This document shows positions 1 through 10,813 of a stretch of DNA of 20,000 nt, in pieces (within the stretch, counting starts at the first letter, position 1; each line of letters begins with the position of its first letter). Location: positions 371,931-391,930 of the forward strand of contig RSEE01000065.1 of the NCBI GenBank assembly GCA_003971905.1, written 5' to 3'. Made by a program: the position numbers and the translations under genes. Origin of the DNA: Moniliella sp. 'wahieum' (lineage: Eukaryota). Below the pieces are notes generated by a model that saw only the letters and a list, made by a program, of their open reading frames with translations, had not been told where the DNA came from and did no database searches.

Positions 1-2
1 CC

Positions 3-143
3 GTTCCCAGCGATTGCTACTCTTTGCCCATCCTGTCAACAGCCACAGTGTGCTCGCAGGTCTCTCACCACCAAGGGCCCTCTACCTTCAACATCAACGT
101 CTCTGGCGCTGCAGATACATGGAGAAAGTATGTGAATACATAG
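3..143 (+). CDS. Possible 3' end of a gene entering from the left edge (VPSDCYSLPILSTATVCSQVSHHQGPSTFNINVSGAADTWRKYVNT*)
   Basis: Frame is open from the window edge to TAG at 141-143 and converges on the stop of the next gene at 195. No recognisable motif; could be UTR. Confidence 0.2.
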   Translation, partial: VPSDCYSLPILSTATVCSQVSHHQGPSTFNINVSGAADTWRKYVNT

Positions 144-194
144 GATGGCCCTCCAAAAGCCATGCCAGAGAAGGCCAACGGAAAGAGATGCATA

Positions 195-3100
195 CTACGA
201 TGCGACCACTTTAGCCGTCTTGCGTTCCAGCTCCTCCAGCCGCACTTCAAGCTCGTCGGCTCGATCACGGATGAGAAGCAGACGCTCCAAATCGCGTAGA
301 AACGCACCTGTCGAATCACCCGAACAGGCCGCATTGCCCGGCGAAATTGGCGAGGCTGCCGCCACGCCCAAGGCCGAGTCCAGCGCCGAAAAGTCTTCAT
401 CCCAATCCAGGCCGGTTAACAGCGCTGCTGCTGCCTCTTGGCGACTGAGTTTGGTCTTGGAATTTTTGTCCATTGCTTTGGCCTTGGACGCTTTGGTAGT
501 CTTGTGCGCCGACTTGTCCCGCCCAATCGTTCCTGGGGAGTGGGGGTAGGGTAGAAGAGGCGGTGGCCTCCTCAAACATCAGCACCATTCTCCGACTCAC
601 GGAACTGCCAATCCCCAAAAGTTGCTCGCTCTTTCTTTGGCCTCTTGAGGGAGAGAGGGCAGTACGAAACGAATTTTGCCCAGGTGTCTGCGTCCATCCC
701 ATCGGGTTGGACGAGGGTAGACTCAGCACCAGGATAGGGGTTAGGCAGTTCACGCTGTTTCCCCTTGTACACAGCAAATTTAGGACGTTCCGACGCGGTC
801 TTCCGCCTCTTTCCGGTACAGGGTCAAACGCACAATGGAAAGTAGAACTTTTTCCCAGTCCGAAATCAGGCCAAGCCGAGAAGGGATGAGGGGCCGGCGG
901 AGAGGGGATGCCCATTCGCACCTTGTTTTGGGCATCGAAGCAAGGGTGAGGGAAGAGGTTGCGGTCTTGTCTGCTGGGATGCGGAACGAGGGCATCGGAA
1001 ATGACTTGGTATGCGTCTTCCAGACCCGACTCAATCATTCGGACAGCCGTGGCTGGATCAAAGTTTTTCGGATCGGCCCGAGGCTTGGACAGGGCTAGGT
1101 AGTTTGGTTTGGTTTTGGGGGTTGGGGGATGGGGTTTCCCTCCCGGCTGATCCTCCTCTTACATCTTACCCATTGTGCAAGTCGAGGGGGAAGAGGCAGC
1201 AGACCATGTCGCCCACCATTGACATAACCCCGCTCCAGGTCTGCGTCCGACACAAATCCACAAGAACGCGATACGTCGCGGCCCGTCTTGGCGGAGACGA
1301 GTTCGGCGAAGATCATGGCGAACGCGACTTGCTCGGTAACCTGTGATGGATTGGACGCAAAGCATTCTCCCTGGTAGGCAGGGGGAGCAGTGGCCGGGGA
1401 CAAGTCTGTGCTTAAAGTGGGTTGAGGAGGTAATACAGGTTCAGGCTTGGGAAGGGGATGGGAAGATGAGCTCCCGACACCACGATCAACCGAGTCAGAC
1501 AAAGAGCTGTTGAGGCATGTACCTTAGCCGTCGGGGTAAGACTACTCGGCGCTGGCGGAGAAAGTCTGTTTTTTGTCGTTGGAGTAAGGTGTTTGTAGGC
1601 ATCGGTGAAGGACCGGGACCTTTGATACCGAAGATGGTGACAAGGGTTCTTCGCTCGTCCCCGGCGTTTCCAAAGACGCATTGACAGGGTTTAACTCAGG
1701 TTCATCCTCTTCCGACTCCCACTCCGCCTCGTCGTCATATTCCACCGACTCCTCGGAATCAGACTTGGGAGGAGGGCGGGGTGGGCGGAGCCCAATGTCG
1801 GGGTGAGACGCAGCTCGGTAAGTCGCATCCAGGTTATCATGAATCTCGAAGAGTTGATCCAGGGTATCGCGCATGCCCCTTAGTTGTCCCAGGCGTCGGC
1901 TGACGTCGGCAACCAATATATCGGAGACTTCGGCGGTAGCTGCGCCAAAGGGAGTGGAGGCCAGACCGGCTGTGGCCCGGGCGGCTTCCTCCGCATGCTT
2001 GGCCATGCGAGCAGTTGCTTCCGCCAGAACACACTGTTTCTTCATAAGCTCCACCTGCCGATTGGCTTGTTGCATGATGCGATCCACCTCCTGCATCACT
2101 TCTTCCACAGCAAGAGAGCCTTCATCAACCCCTTGAGCGGAAGAGATCAACTCCACCATTTTCCCGGCCACAACTCTGATCTTCTCCAACACATCTGGGG
2201 CGGCGACTGTATCCCTCTTGGCCAAGTCAGCAAGAAGATCCGCTTCCTCCGCCTTACGAGCCGCATAAGCCACAATCTCCGTTTTCGACATGCGCTCCAA
2301 TTGGTCAGACGTGAGATCCGCTTCAACGACCTCGGACCGATCCGCCTTTCCATCTTCTTGCTTTTTGTCACGAATTTCAGCCAGAGCAGCTGAGAAGGTT
2401 GTTCGCACATCCTCACTCACGTGGGGTTGAAAATCGGATGATGGTGGTGCTTGGGCGGAGGAATCCTGAGAGGAGAGGAGGAGGATGTAGTCTGAGGAGA
2501 AGGCAGGGGGTTCGAAGCAATTGACTGTTTCAGGGCCTCTGCAAACGACTTGGAACTTGCTCCATGTGCTCTGGAGGATTTGGGCCAGTTGGTCTCCATC
2601 TTCCTCAAATGCGGGCTTGGCCGAAGGGAGCAATGGTGCATGGGAGGGAGAAGGGGTGGATGAGGTAGATGAGGCCGGTGGGGCAGTTGCGCTCGGCGAT
2701 GGCAATGACGGCGTGAGGGGGGCAATCTCGCTGTGGGCTGGGGCTTCTGATGCCGGGGCCACTGGTGCGAGGCTCTGGTGCTGGGACCTCTGGTGCTGGG
2801 ACTGATGCTGGTGGCGTTGCCGATGCTGGTGCTGATGCTGATGCTAGTGCTGGTGCTGGCACTGGAGTTGGGGCGGGTGCTGGAGTTGGGGCAGACGCAG
2901 GGTGGCAGGTGTAGGTGTAGATGCAGGTGCAGGTGCAGGTGCAGGTGCAGGTGCAGGTGCAGGTGCAGGTGCAGTGCAGGTGCAGGTGCAGGTGCAGGTG
3001 CAGGTGCAGGTGCAGGTGCAGGTGCAGGTGCAGGTGCAGGTGCAGGTGCAGGTGCAGGTGCAGGTGCAGGTGCAGGTGCAGGTGCAGGTGCAGGTGCAGG

Positions 3101-5462
3101 TGCAAGTGCAGGTGCAGGTGCAGGTGCAAGTGTAATGCAGGTGCTGGAGTTGAGACAGGGGCGGGAAGAGAGGTGGCACCAGATTTGAGTGGAGCATCTC
3201 GAGCTTGCCGAATGTAAACCGATCTTTGCTATACTCATTGCGGCGCGGATTGTGTATCATGGCTTTGGAGGGAAGTCGCATGGATGAAGAGGTCGGTCGG
3301 ATTCGGGTGGTCGTGAAGCAGCTTGTGTGGTCGCTGGTGCGGAACGAGGTGGTGTTTGTCGCTGATGCAGCAGAGGATGGCGGGGCCGTTGGTGCAGCTG
3401 GAGACGGCGTGGCCGCTGCTGCAACAGGATGGCGTGGCCGCTGCTGCAACAGGTGATGGCGTGGTCGTTGGGGTAGCACGAGATGGTGTGGTCGCTGGGG
3501 CAGCTGGGGCGTGTGGCCGGTGGTGCCACAGGGGTGGAGTAGTCTCTGGAACAGTGCGAGGCGATGAGGTTTCTAGAGACTTGCTCTCCTCCACTGAGGG
3601 ATGAGCAGGGCCGGTACACTCTCCACCTTACTGGGCAAGGAACCTGTTTGTTCGCCACGCGTCGTCGGCGGTCCGAAAGGCATCTGTCAGCCAGCTTTTT
3701 GAGTCCTCATACGTCTTCTCATCGGTTGCGTTGAGGCGCAAGACGCGATCAAAGTCTCGCTCCGCCTCGTCAATCTTTAGCAAAGCAGAGAGAGCAACGC
3801 CGCGTCGGAAGTAGGCTTTGTGGTTGGTCGGGTCGAGGGTAAGGGCGCCGAGCAGTCAGCCTCAGCCTCGTTGAATCGTTTGAGCTTGAGGTAGCAGGCA
3901 GCTCGGTTGAGTGGGTAGACTGGCTCCGAAGCGTCGTATGCCATGGCTCGAGTGTAGTGCTCACATGCCTCGGCAAACGATCCAGAACTGTAGGCTTCAT
4001 TCCCAAGCTCCCGACTGCCCTGCCCAGGCAATGCGGTGCGACTCCATACTCGTCCCTGGCTTCGATCTGGGCTTGGGGTGGCCTCCCCGATTTGGATCCA
4101 TGCTTCCCTGCTGGCAGGGCGAGAGGCTTGACCGCTGCCCGACGTAATTTTTCAAACTGCCGGACAAAACCAAACCCATCAATCGAACCCGTATGCACCC
4201 CCCCAACCATCTCAGGATAGGTGGCGGTACTGCGTTTCTCCTTTGGACTGGATGATGCGTTGGGCCTGCGATTCAGAGCCCAGTTGTGCGAAGACGAACG
4301 AGATGGTCGGCCCTGGACAGAAGCATCTGTGCTGGAGAAGCCGGACAAGGAGGCGGGAGAGACTCCTTGAGCGCAGCCATCTCGCGAGCCACCACAGCAT
4401 AGTACAAGTCCAGGCCGTGGAGGTCAGAGAGGATTTTACGCACCCGCTTGATTGAAGGTAGTTGCATCGGATCAATCTCGTCGGCACATTGCCAGAGGGT
4501 ATCGGCCATCTGCTGCCAAGCGTCGGTGATGATCTGTTTCCAACCGGGACCGCGAGAAGAGGCCTCGGCTGGGCCCATGCTGCCTTGTCGACCAACCGCT
4601 GTTCCATTCCTTTTCAATCCAGCTCTGGAGGCTGGCAGTCTGGATGGGCTTTCGGGCCATGTATGCAGCGGACCGGAGGGCGTCGCCGCTTGTGGTCTCT
4701 GTTCGAATGTTGTCAACCAGGCGTTCAAGGCATGGAAGACAGCGGGCGAAGGAGCAGGCACATGGGGGTCCCCACGTGTTTAGGTCGCGGCCATGGCGCG
4801 TCGCAAGGTCGCACAGAGGTCAAAGCAATCTTCGGTGCTGAGTCGTAGCACCACAGATGCCAACTCGTCGTCACAGGCAGCACGCAGCTGGGTGAGGATG
4901 CCGGAGCGCATGGCGACGGCGGAAGCATTACGTGATGTGGACCGGCTCGAGGCCATGTTCGACAAATGTCATCAGTTTGTCTTCCGCACGTGGTCCTGCA
5001 GGTTCTGGACCATGATGCCACGAAACAGGGCTGGGACGCAAGCGAAGCTGGTGACAAACAACTCGCGAAGGTGGCGGCTGACAACGCGCAGGCGTAGCCG
5101 GGACGCTGTGGCTAACACCGAAGGAAGCAAGTCAGCGGCGGGGCAAACAAGGGACGAATTACAAACGTACTGGTCGCACACATCGCACGCATGCGACACA
5201 TCGTCGAGAGCACTGGTGTCGGCCTCGCGCCTGTCGGGGGCATGACTGTGCGTGTGGATGTGGGCGTGGGTTGTGGGGGTAAGTGTGGCCGTCGCTGTCG
5301 GTGTAAGGCCAGGTGGTGTGGAAGGCAGCTGACGCTGCTGCGGCCGCTGCTGCGACGGAGGGGGGCGGGGCGACAAGCGGACGGAGGGGGCGCAGACGGA
5401 ACGTGGGTCGTCTTGGCGGCGAGGCGTTCGCCCTTGCGGAGCTTGTTCTTTCCGCGCGCCAT
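195..5462 (-). CDS. Very large (~1,750 aa if one gene) uncharacterised protein with a 3-TPR domain, Pro/Ala/Ser/Thr-rich linker, helical region and C-terminal coiled coil; many apparent frameshifts
   Basis: Overlapping minus-strand ORF pieces tile from ATG 5462 (MARGKNKLRKG) through 4972-5826, 4780-4965, 4273-4761, 3777-4031 (TPR), 3235-3594, 2417-3238, 1542-2762, 1095-1502 and 397-1038 to 195-575 (FLRDLERLLLIRDRADELEVRLEELERK...*), with no obvious intergenic gap. The single-gene model and both ends are inferred. Confidence 0.55.
2922..3132. repeat. (GCAGGT)n hexanucleotide microsatellite, about 35 units, encoding poly(Ala-Pro) on the minus strand
   Basis: Directly visible tandem array. One 5-nt unit (GCAGT near 2971-2975) and two GCAAGT variants (3102-3107, 3126-3131); degenerate flanks. 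Confidence 0.98.
3376..3508. repeat. Degenerate 27-nt coding minisatellite, ~5 units (9-aa PxAxxxTPS-like repeat on the minus strand)
   Basis: Units begin GAYGGYG at 3376, 3403, 3428, 3455 and 3482. GGCGTGGCCGCTGCTGCAACAGG is an exact duplicate in units 2 and 3; unit 2 is 2 nt short. Confidence 0.85.
3720..4016 (-). other. TPR domain (three repeats), Hsp70/Hsp90 co-chaperone type
   Basis: SRELGNEAYSSGSFAEACEHYTRAMAYDASEPVYPLNRAACYLKLKRFNEAEADCSA, continuing after a frameshift near 3850 as ALTLDPTNHKAYFRRGVALSALLKIDEAERDFDRVLRLN. This matches the TPR consensus. Confidence 0.92.
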
Positions 5463-5706
5463 GGCGGGGCAGAGCAGAGAGAGGTGCGGGGCGGGGGGAA
5501 GGGAGGGCGGGCAGCACTTGAGGCGCAGGAACGTCCACCACTCCAAGGGAGCAGAGCTGGGGCTGGCGGCGTGGGTGTTGCGCTCGGCGTGGACGACGTT
5601 GGCGACGTTGACGATGCTGCTGCCGCCGCGCTTCAACTTGAATGCGAAGCTTGATGCCCGACGCTGCTGAAGGATGGGGCGGGCAGCCCAGCGGAAAACG
5701 GCGGGA

Positions 5707-5748
5707 CATGAGGCATGATGCCTGATGCACGATGCATGATGCATGAGG
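5707..5748. repeat. Six tandem heptamers, consensus CATGATG, in a divergent intergenic region
   Basis: CATGAGG CATGATG CCTGATG CACGATG CATGATG CATGAGG read directly from the sequence. Confidence 0.9.
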
Positions 5749-6028
5749 ACTGAAAATGCTAGGGTTGGTGCGGCGTGGTGCGCTGCATGTTGGGTTGCGG
5801 TGGCTGCTCCGCCTGGGCCCTACCATGCTTAATGATCCGGTGCAATCATGTCCTGTTCCGCCTTGCGTGCCAAGCGCTTATAAGAATTGAACGTGGCCCC
5901 GACACGTGACCAGCCATAACCTGCTTCAATGTTTCACGCCAAGTGCCCTGCGCTCAGCCGGAGCACACGACCCAGCCGAGCTTATTGCCTCAGCGCCTCC
6001 GCTCCCCCACCGCTTCTTCTGCTGGGCC

Positions 6029-7524
6029 ATGGCTGCCACCGCCTCTGCACGCCTGCTGGCCTCCACTGCGTGCTCGTCGCCGCCGCCACCAACCTTGCCC
6101 TTGTCTTCGCCAGCCCCCTCCTCCCCCCGCCGCCGACCACCCCCTCCCATCGACGTACAGGATAGGCCGCCCGCCCGCCCGTCCTCTGTCCTCGCCCCCC
6201 ATCCTTGCCGCCCTGCCCCCCGCCCCCGCCGTACCGCCCAGCCCGGATGACACCTACGTGCCGCACCTGACCCAGGACAAGTGGATCGGCCTCGGATTGG
6301 CCATAAGCAGCTCGCTTGCCATTGGCACCAGCTTCATCATCACCAAGAAGGGTCTCATGGATGCCGGCGACCAAAACTCGGGCGAGCTGGCCAGCGACCA
6401 ACACGCTTACTTGGCCAATCCTACCTGGTGGGCCGGTATGGCGTGCATGGTCGTTGGTGAGGTTGCGAATTTTGCTGCGTATACGTTTGCGCCACCGATT
6501 CTGGTCACCCCGTTGGGGGCGCTGTCGGTTCTGATTGGGGCGGTGCTGGCGTCGTTTGTGCTCAAGGAAGATCTGGGCCGACTGGGAAGGGTGGGATGCA
6601 CACTCTGTCTCGTTGGCACCCTCATCATTATCTTGAATGCCCCTGAGGACAAGGAGATCCACACGGTGGACGAGATGCTGGCGTATGCACTCCAGGGTCC
6701 CTTCCTCACTACTGTCTTGTTGTCACTGTGTTTGCGATCGTGATGATTTACCAGGTGGTACCACGATGGGGCAAGAAGTCGCCGCTCATCTATCTTTCCA
6801 TTTGCTCGTCGGTCGGATCCATCTCGGTCATGTCGGTCAAAGGATTTGGTGTCGCGCTGAAACTGACGCTCAATGGGAGCAACCAGTTTACCCATCCTTC
6901 GACCTATTGCTTTGCCATTGTGGTTGTCGTCTGCATCCTGGTGCAGATGAACTATTTTAACAAAGCATTGGACCAGTACGTTATCTTCTCCGTCATCTCT
7001 CTGTTTTGTTCGCGTCCCAAGGGTAGCACACGACTAATTAATTGCTGTGATTGGCCCTCTAGGTTCTCGACCAATGTAGTGAACCCCATTTACTATGTCA
7101 TGTTCACTACCAGCACCATCTTTGCTTCCTTCCTTCTCTTCCGAGGATTTAACACCCAGGGTGCTGCCCCGGCCGTATCACTCTTATGCGGATTCGTGGT
7201 GATTTTCATTGGCGTATATCTACTCAACATGAACCGACTGCAAGAACCAGAGCTGAGTCTAGGACCTCAACGCCAGTCCAATTGGGCACCACGAGGGAGC
7301 GCGGAGTACATTCGTAACCACCAGCGCTCTGCTTCGGGACGCGTGAGATTCGAAGATGAAGAGCAAGGAGAGCAGGTGGGAATGGGGCCTCTCCCTACCC
7401 CGGCTCAGGCCCCCACGCAAAAGACCAGCGACATTTTTCGGTCGTCGACGATGAGGACGCTTCATCGGGCGACGAGCAGCCAGGCAACGATGGGGCGTAC
7501 AGTTCCAGAGCCACCCTATTGTAG
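6029..7524 (+). CDS. NIPA/DUF803 family magnesium transporter (NIPA2-like); one intron, several apparent frameshifts
   Basis: Family-typical segments DKWIGLGLAISSSLAIGTSFIITKKGL, WWAGMACMVVGEVANFAAYTFAPPILVTPLGALSVLIGAVLASFVLKEDL, LIYLSICSSVGSISVMSVKGFGVALKLT and QMNYFNKALDQ|FSTNVVNPIYYVMFTT. The start (ATG 6029) and stop (TAG 7522-7524, after an acidic tail VVDDEDASSGDEQ...ATLL) are inferred across indels. Confidence 0.92.
6976..7062 (+). other. Spliceosomal intron (87 nt) in the NIPA gene
   Basis: GTACGT donor, GACTAAT branch site at 7032-7038, CTAG acceptor. Removal restores the conserved NKALDQFSTNVVNP. Confidence 0.9.
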
Positions 7525-7824
7525 TCCCCTTTTGCTTCATGCTTTTGTAGTCTCTCCTATGCCACAGAAATACCATTTCTTGTCCCTGCATCATGTGCTC
7601 CACACTCTATCCGTACCTGTAGCGCCCCCCCCTTCCATGAAACCCAACCTACCTCGTCCGTTGATGTGGACTTTGCATGGCACCCCACGATCCTGCTGTC
7701 CAAATACCTACTTAGTACCTATGTGAGACCAGCCACAATCACCTCAAGGATCACGATTCAAGGAGACGAGAGTCGGCAGCAAGATCAGATAATGAGAGCT
7801 GTTGCAGAGCGAATCCGAGCAGAT

Positions 7825-10813
7825 TTACTTGGACATCTTGGACTCAAAGTAGGCCTGCGCGGCTTGGAGAGCCTCCGCAAGCTTGGGCTGCTCGCCGACA
7901 CCCTGCGCCGCATCGTTTTTCCACCACCACGTCCACCAACGACCTTGCTCACTACGCCAAGCCAGTCCTTGGCGTTGACGCCATGCTCACGGTCCTGCTC
8001 CGACACGTAGTTGGCATGGACAAGTTAGTCTTGCCTGCCACGGTCTCTTCGGAGAAGAGGTAGACCGACTTGCCCAACTTGCGCGCATTGCCAATCCCCC
8101 CCGTCAGTGCCTTGGCGTTGGAGCCAACATCAAACGCCTTGATCAGGACAGGTGCGTTGGGTTGCTCGGTTTGGAAAAAGTTGGTGACCCCATCAGCGAC
8201 AATCTTGAGCCCGGCCTTCTCCTTGGCCTTCGTCTCGGCATCGAGCGCTTTGCGAATCGCACTGAACCGTGTTTGGATCGCTGCCTTCTCCCGCACACCA
8301 ATTTCGAGTTGGTCCAGCTCATCATTGCAAACGCTTTGAGCTCGGTGTCCTTCGCCGCCTTGTCCGCCACACCATCAATCCGAGTCAGCTTGTCCTCAGC
8401 CTCCTTGGCGCGGCGAACGACTTCCTTGGCCTCATTGCCTGTGACAGCGACAATACGACGAGTGCCCTTGGCAATACCACTCTCCTCGATGATCACCAGA
8501 TCTTTATGTCACCCGTCGACTTTACGTGGGTACCGCCACAAAATTCGATCGACGTACTACGCCACTTGGGGTTGGTAAGGTCCTTCTCAATCTCCTCAAT
8601 TGGGAACTCGAGAGCAACAACGCGCACTGGGTCGGGGTACGCCTCTCCAAAGACGGCACGAAGTCCGGTAATCTTACTCGCTTGTTCAAGCGACAAGTCC
8701 TTGGCATACACCTTGACGTCCTTCTTGATCCACCCCTTGCTCAGGTCCTCAATCTTGGCCAGATCAGCCACAGGAACCTGGGACTTGTGGCTAAAGTCGA
8801 ACCGCAACTTGGTGGGGGCTACAAGCGAACCCTTTTGGTCGACATGGTCGCCGAGGACCTCGCGGAGGCAGTAGTTGAGAATGTGGGTGCCAGTGTGGTT
8901 GTTGCGCAGGGGCCAGCGACGCAGTTCGTCGTACGTCGAGGTCGCCTTGTCCCCAACCTTGAACTCGCCTGGCTCAACGCCCTTCTCGAATTGACCCGAA
9001 TGGAGTACGTAGCCACCGTAGATTTGCACGTCATCCACCACAAAGTCCGTCTCGGTCTGGTTGACCGTGATCACACCAGTGTCGGCCTGCTGACCGCCCT
9101 GCTCAGCGTACATGTTGGTCTTGTCGAGCACAATACCGAGCGGCTTGGAGAGGTCCGCCTCGCTGGTTGACTGGAAGAATTTGCCGCCCTGGAAAATGGC
9201 GACGATCGTTGCCTCGATGCTCTCCTCGGTGAACTTGAACTTGTCGTCGGTCCTGGGCACAGCTTCGTTGTGGTCCAGCGTCGCAATGTCGTGCACGTCC
9301 AGCTTTGGTGTCTCGTCCGACGACGTCTTAGGTCCACCCTTGGATGCCTCCTTGGACGCGGCCTGCGCTCGTCGAATTCCTTCTGGTTCACACCCAGCCC
9401 TTGCTCCTCGGCCATAAGAAGCGTAAGGTCAACAGGGAAGCCGTACGTATCGTACAAACGCCAAACATCCTTGCCGTTCAACTCCTTCCACCCGAGCTTC
9501 TTGGCCTTGGCCGCGTATTGCTCAAACAGCCTCTCTCCACGGTCCAGAGTGCGGGCGAAAGACTGCTCCTCCTCGTCGAGGATTTCTTGCACATCCTTGA
9601 CGTGGCTAGTGATCTCAGGGAAGAAGGGACCCATGTGCTCAGCAACGGTCGGCACCAGCTGACTGAAGAAGTGGCCAATGGGGACGTTGAAGTACTTGCG
9701 CGCGTAGCGTGTGCCGCGGCAAGATGCGACGCAGTACGTACCCACGTCCATCCTTGTCCGGCACACCGCCATCCGAGATGGCAACCGTGAGCGTACGAAC
9801 ATGGTCCGCAATCACACGGTACGCCGTGTCGATGCCGTCCTTGTCGTCGGCTCCGAGCTTGCCAGCGTACGGCCGGGCATTCGTCAGCTCTTGGATCTTA
9901 GCAAACAAAGGCGAAAAGACGTCCGTGTCGTAGTTGGACCGACGGTCTTGCAGCACCGATACAAGTCGCTCGTAGCCCATGCCGGTGTCAATGTGCTTGG
10001 CAGGTAGCGGACGAAGACTGCCATCGGCCTCGCGGTTGAACTGGATAAACACATTGTTCCAGATCTCAAGCACATCCGGGTCGTCCATGTTGACCAGGTG
10101 AGCAGCATTGCGCCCCCCAATGCGGTCATAGTGGATCTCTGAGCATGGACCGCATGGGCCTGTGGCGCCCATTTCCCAGAAGTTGTCCTTGGCATCACCT
10201 GTAAGGATGTGGTCTTCAGCAACGCCGACGGAGCGCCAGATATCGCGGGCCTCCGTGTCGGGTTCGAGTCCTTGCTTCGCATCACCCTCAAGTAGGTGAC
10301 ATAGAGACGATCTTTAGGAATGCCGTACACTTCAGTCAAGAGATTCCACGCGAGCGGGATGGCCTCAGACTGTTCAGGAAGAGTTAGTGGGAGGGAGGGG
10401 GGGGGGAGCAGAAGCAGAAACACATACCTTGAAGTAGTCACAAAGGACCAGTTGCCCAGCATCTCAAAGAAAGTGTGGTGGTACGAGTCCTTGCCGACAT
10501 CGTCCAAGTCATTGTGTTTGCCACCGGCGCGGATGCACTTTTGCGAGTTGGTAGCGCGCTTCAGAGAGGCCAGGTGGGAGGCAGCCTCGACGGTGCCGAG
10601 GAAAATGCTTTTGTATTGGTTCATGCCGGCATTGGCAAAGAGCAGTGTCGGGTCATCGTAGGGGATGGTGCTGCTGGAGGCACAAATGTGCTGGTGCTCC
10701 TTGGTGAAGTAGTCAATGAACGTCTGGCGCACCTTGGCGGCGGGCCAATCGCCGAACTGGCTCTGCGTCGACACGGAGACGGGCGTCGGCGTGTACGTGG
10801 ACGAGGTCGACAT
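7825..10813 (-). CDS. ALA1: Alanyl-tRNA synthetase (probably cytosolic plus mitochondrial); one intron, many apparent frameshifts
   Basis: [90 protein letters not shown], editing domain NHTGTH...[21 protein letters not shown], and C-terminal GGRGGGK...[11 protein letters not shown] (TAA 7825-7827). Confidence 0.98.
10370..10427 (-). other. Spliceosomal intron (58 nt) in ALA1
   Basis: GTATGT donor at 10427, ACTAAC branch site (10383-10388), CAG acceptor. Joins [12 protein letters not shown]. Confidence 0.92.

Noticed and set aside
2922..3132. CRISPR array or telomeric repeat
   Set aside because: Six-nt units with no spacers, lying inside a coding region and decaying into AP-coding flanks. 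It is a microsatellite.
2605..3217. Poly(His-Leu), poly(Cys-Thr), poly(Val-Gln), poly(Cys-Arg) and poly(Ala-Gly) ORFs
   Set aside because: These are alternative-frame readings of the same hexamer repeat. Only the Ala-Pro frame matches the flanking Pro/Ala-rich sequence.
7525..7726. NIPA C-terminus extending to 7726 as in the ORF track
   Set aside because: The sequence after ~7440 reads better in a shifted frame (acidic tail ending TAG 7524), and the remainder is pyrimidine-rich and UTR-like.
8162..10007. Long plus-strand ORFs antisense to ALA1 (similar ones lie opposite CCT5, HMT1 and NIPA)
   Set aside because: Shadow ORFs are expected from GC-rich codon usage on the opposite strand; they have no recognisable motifs.
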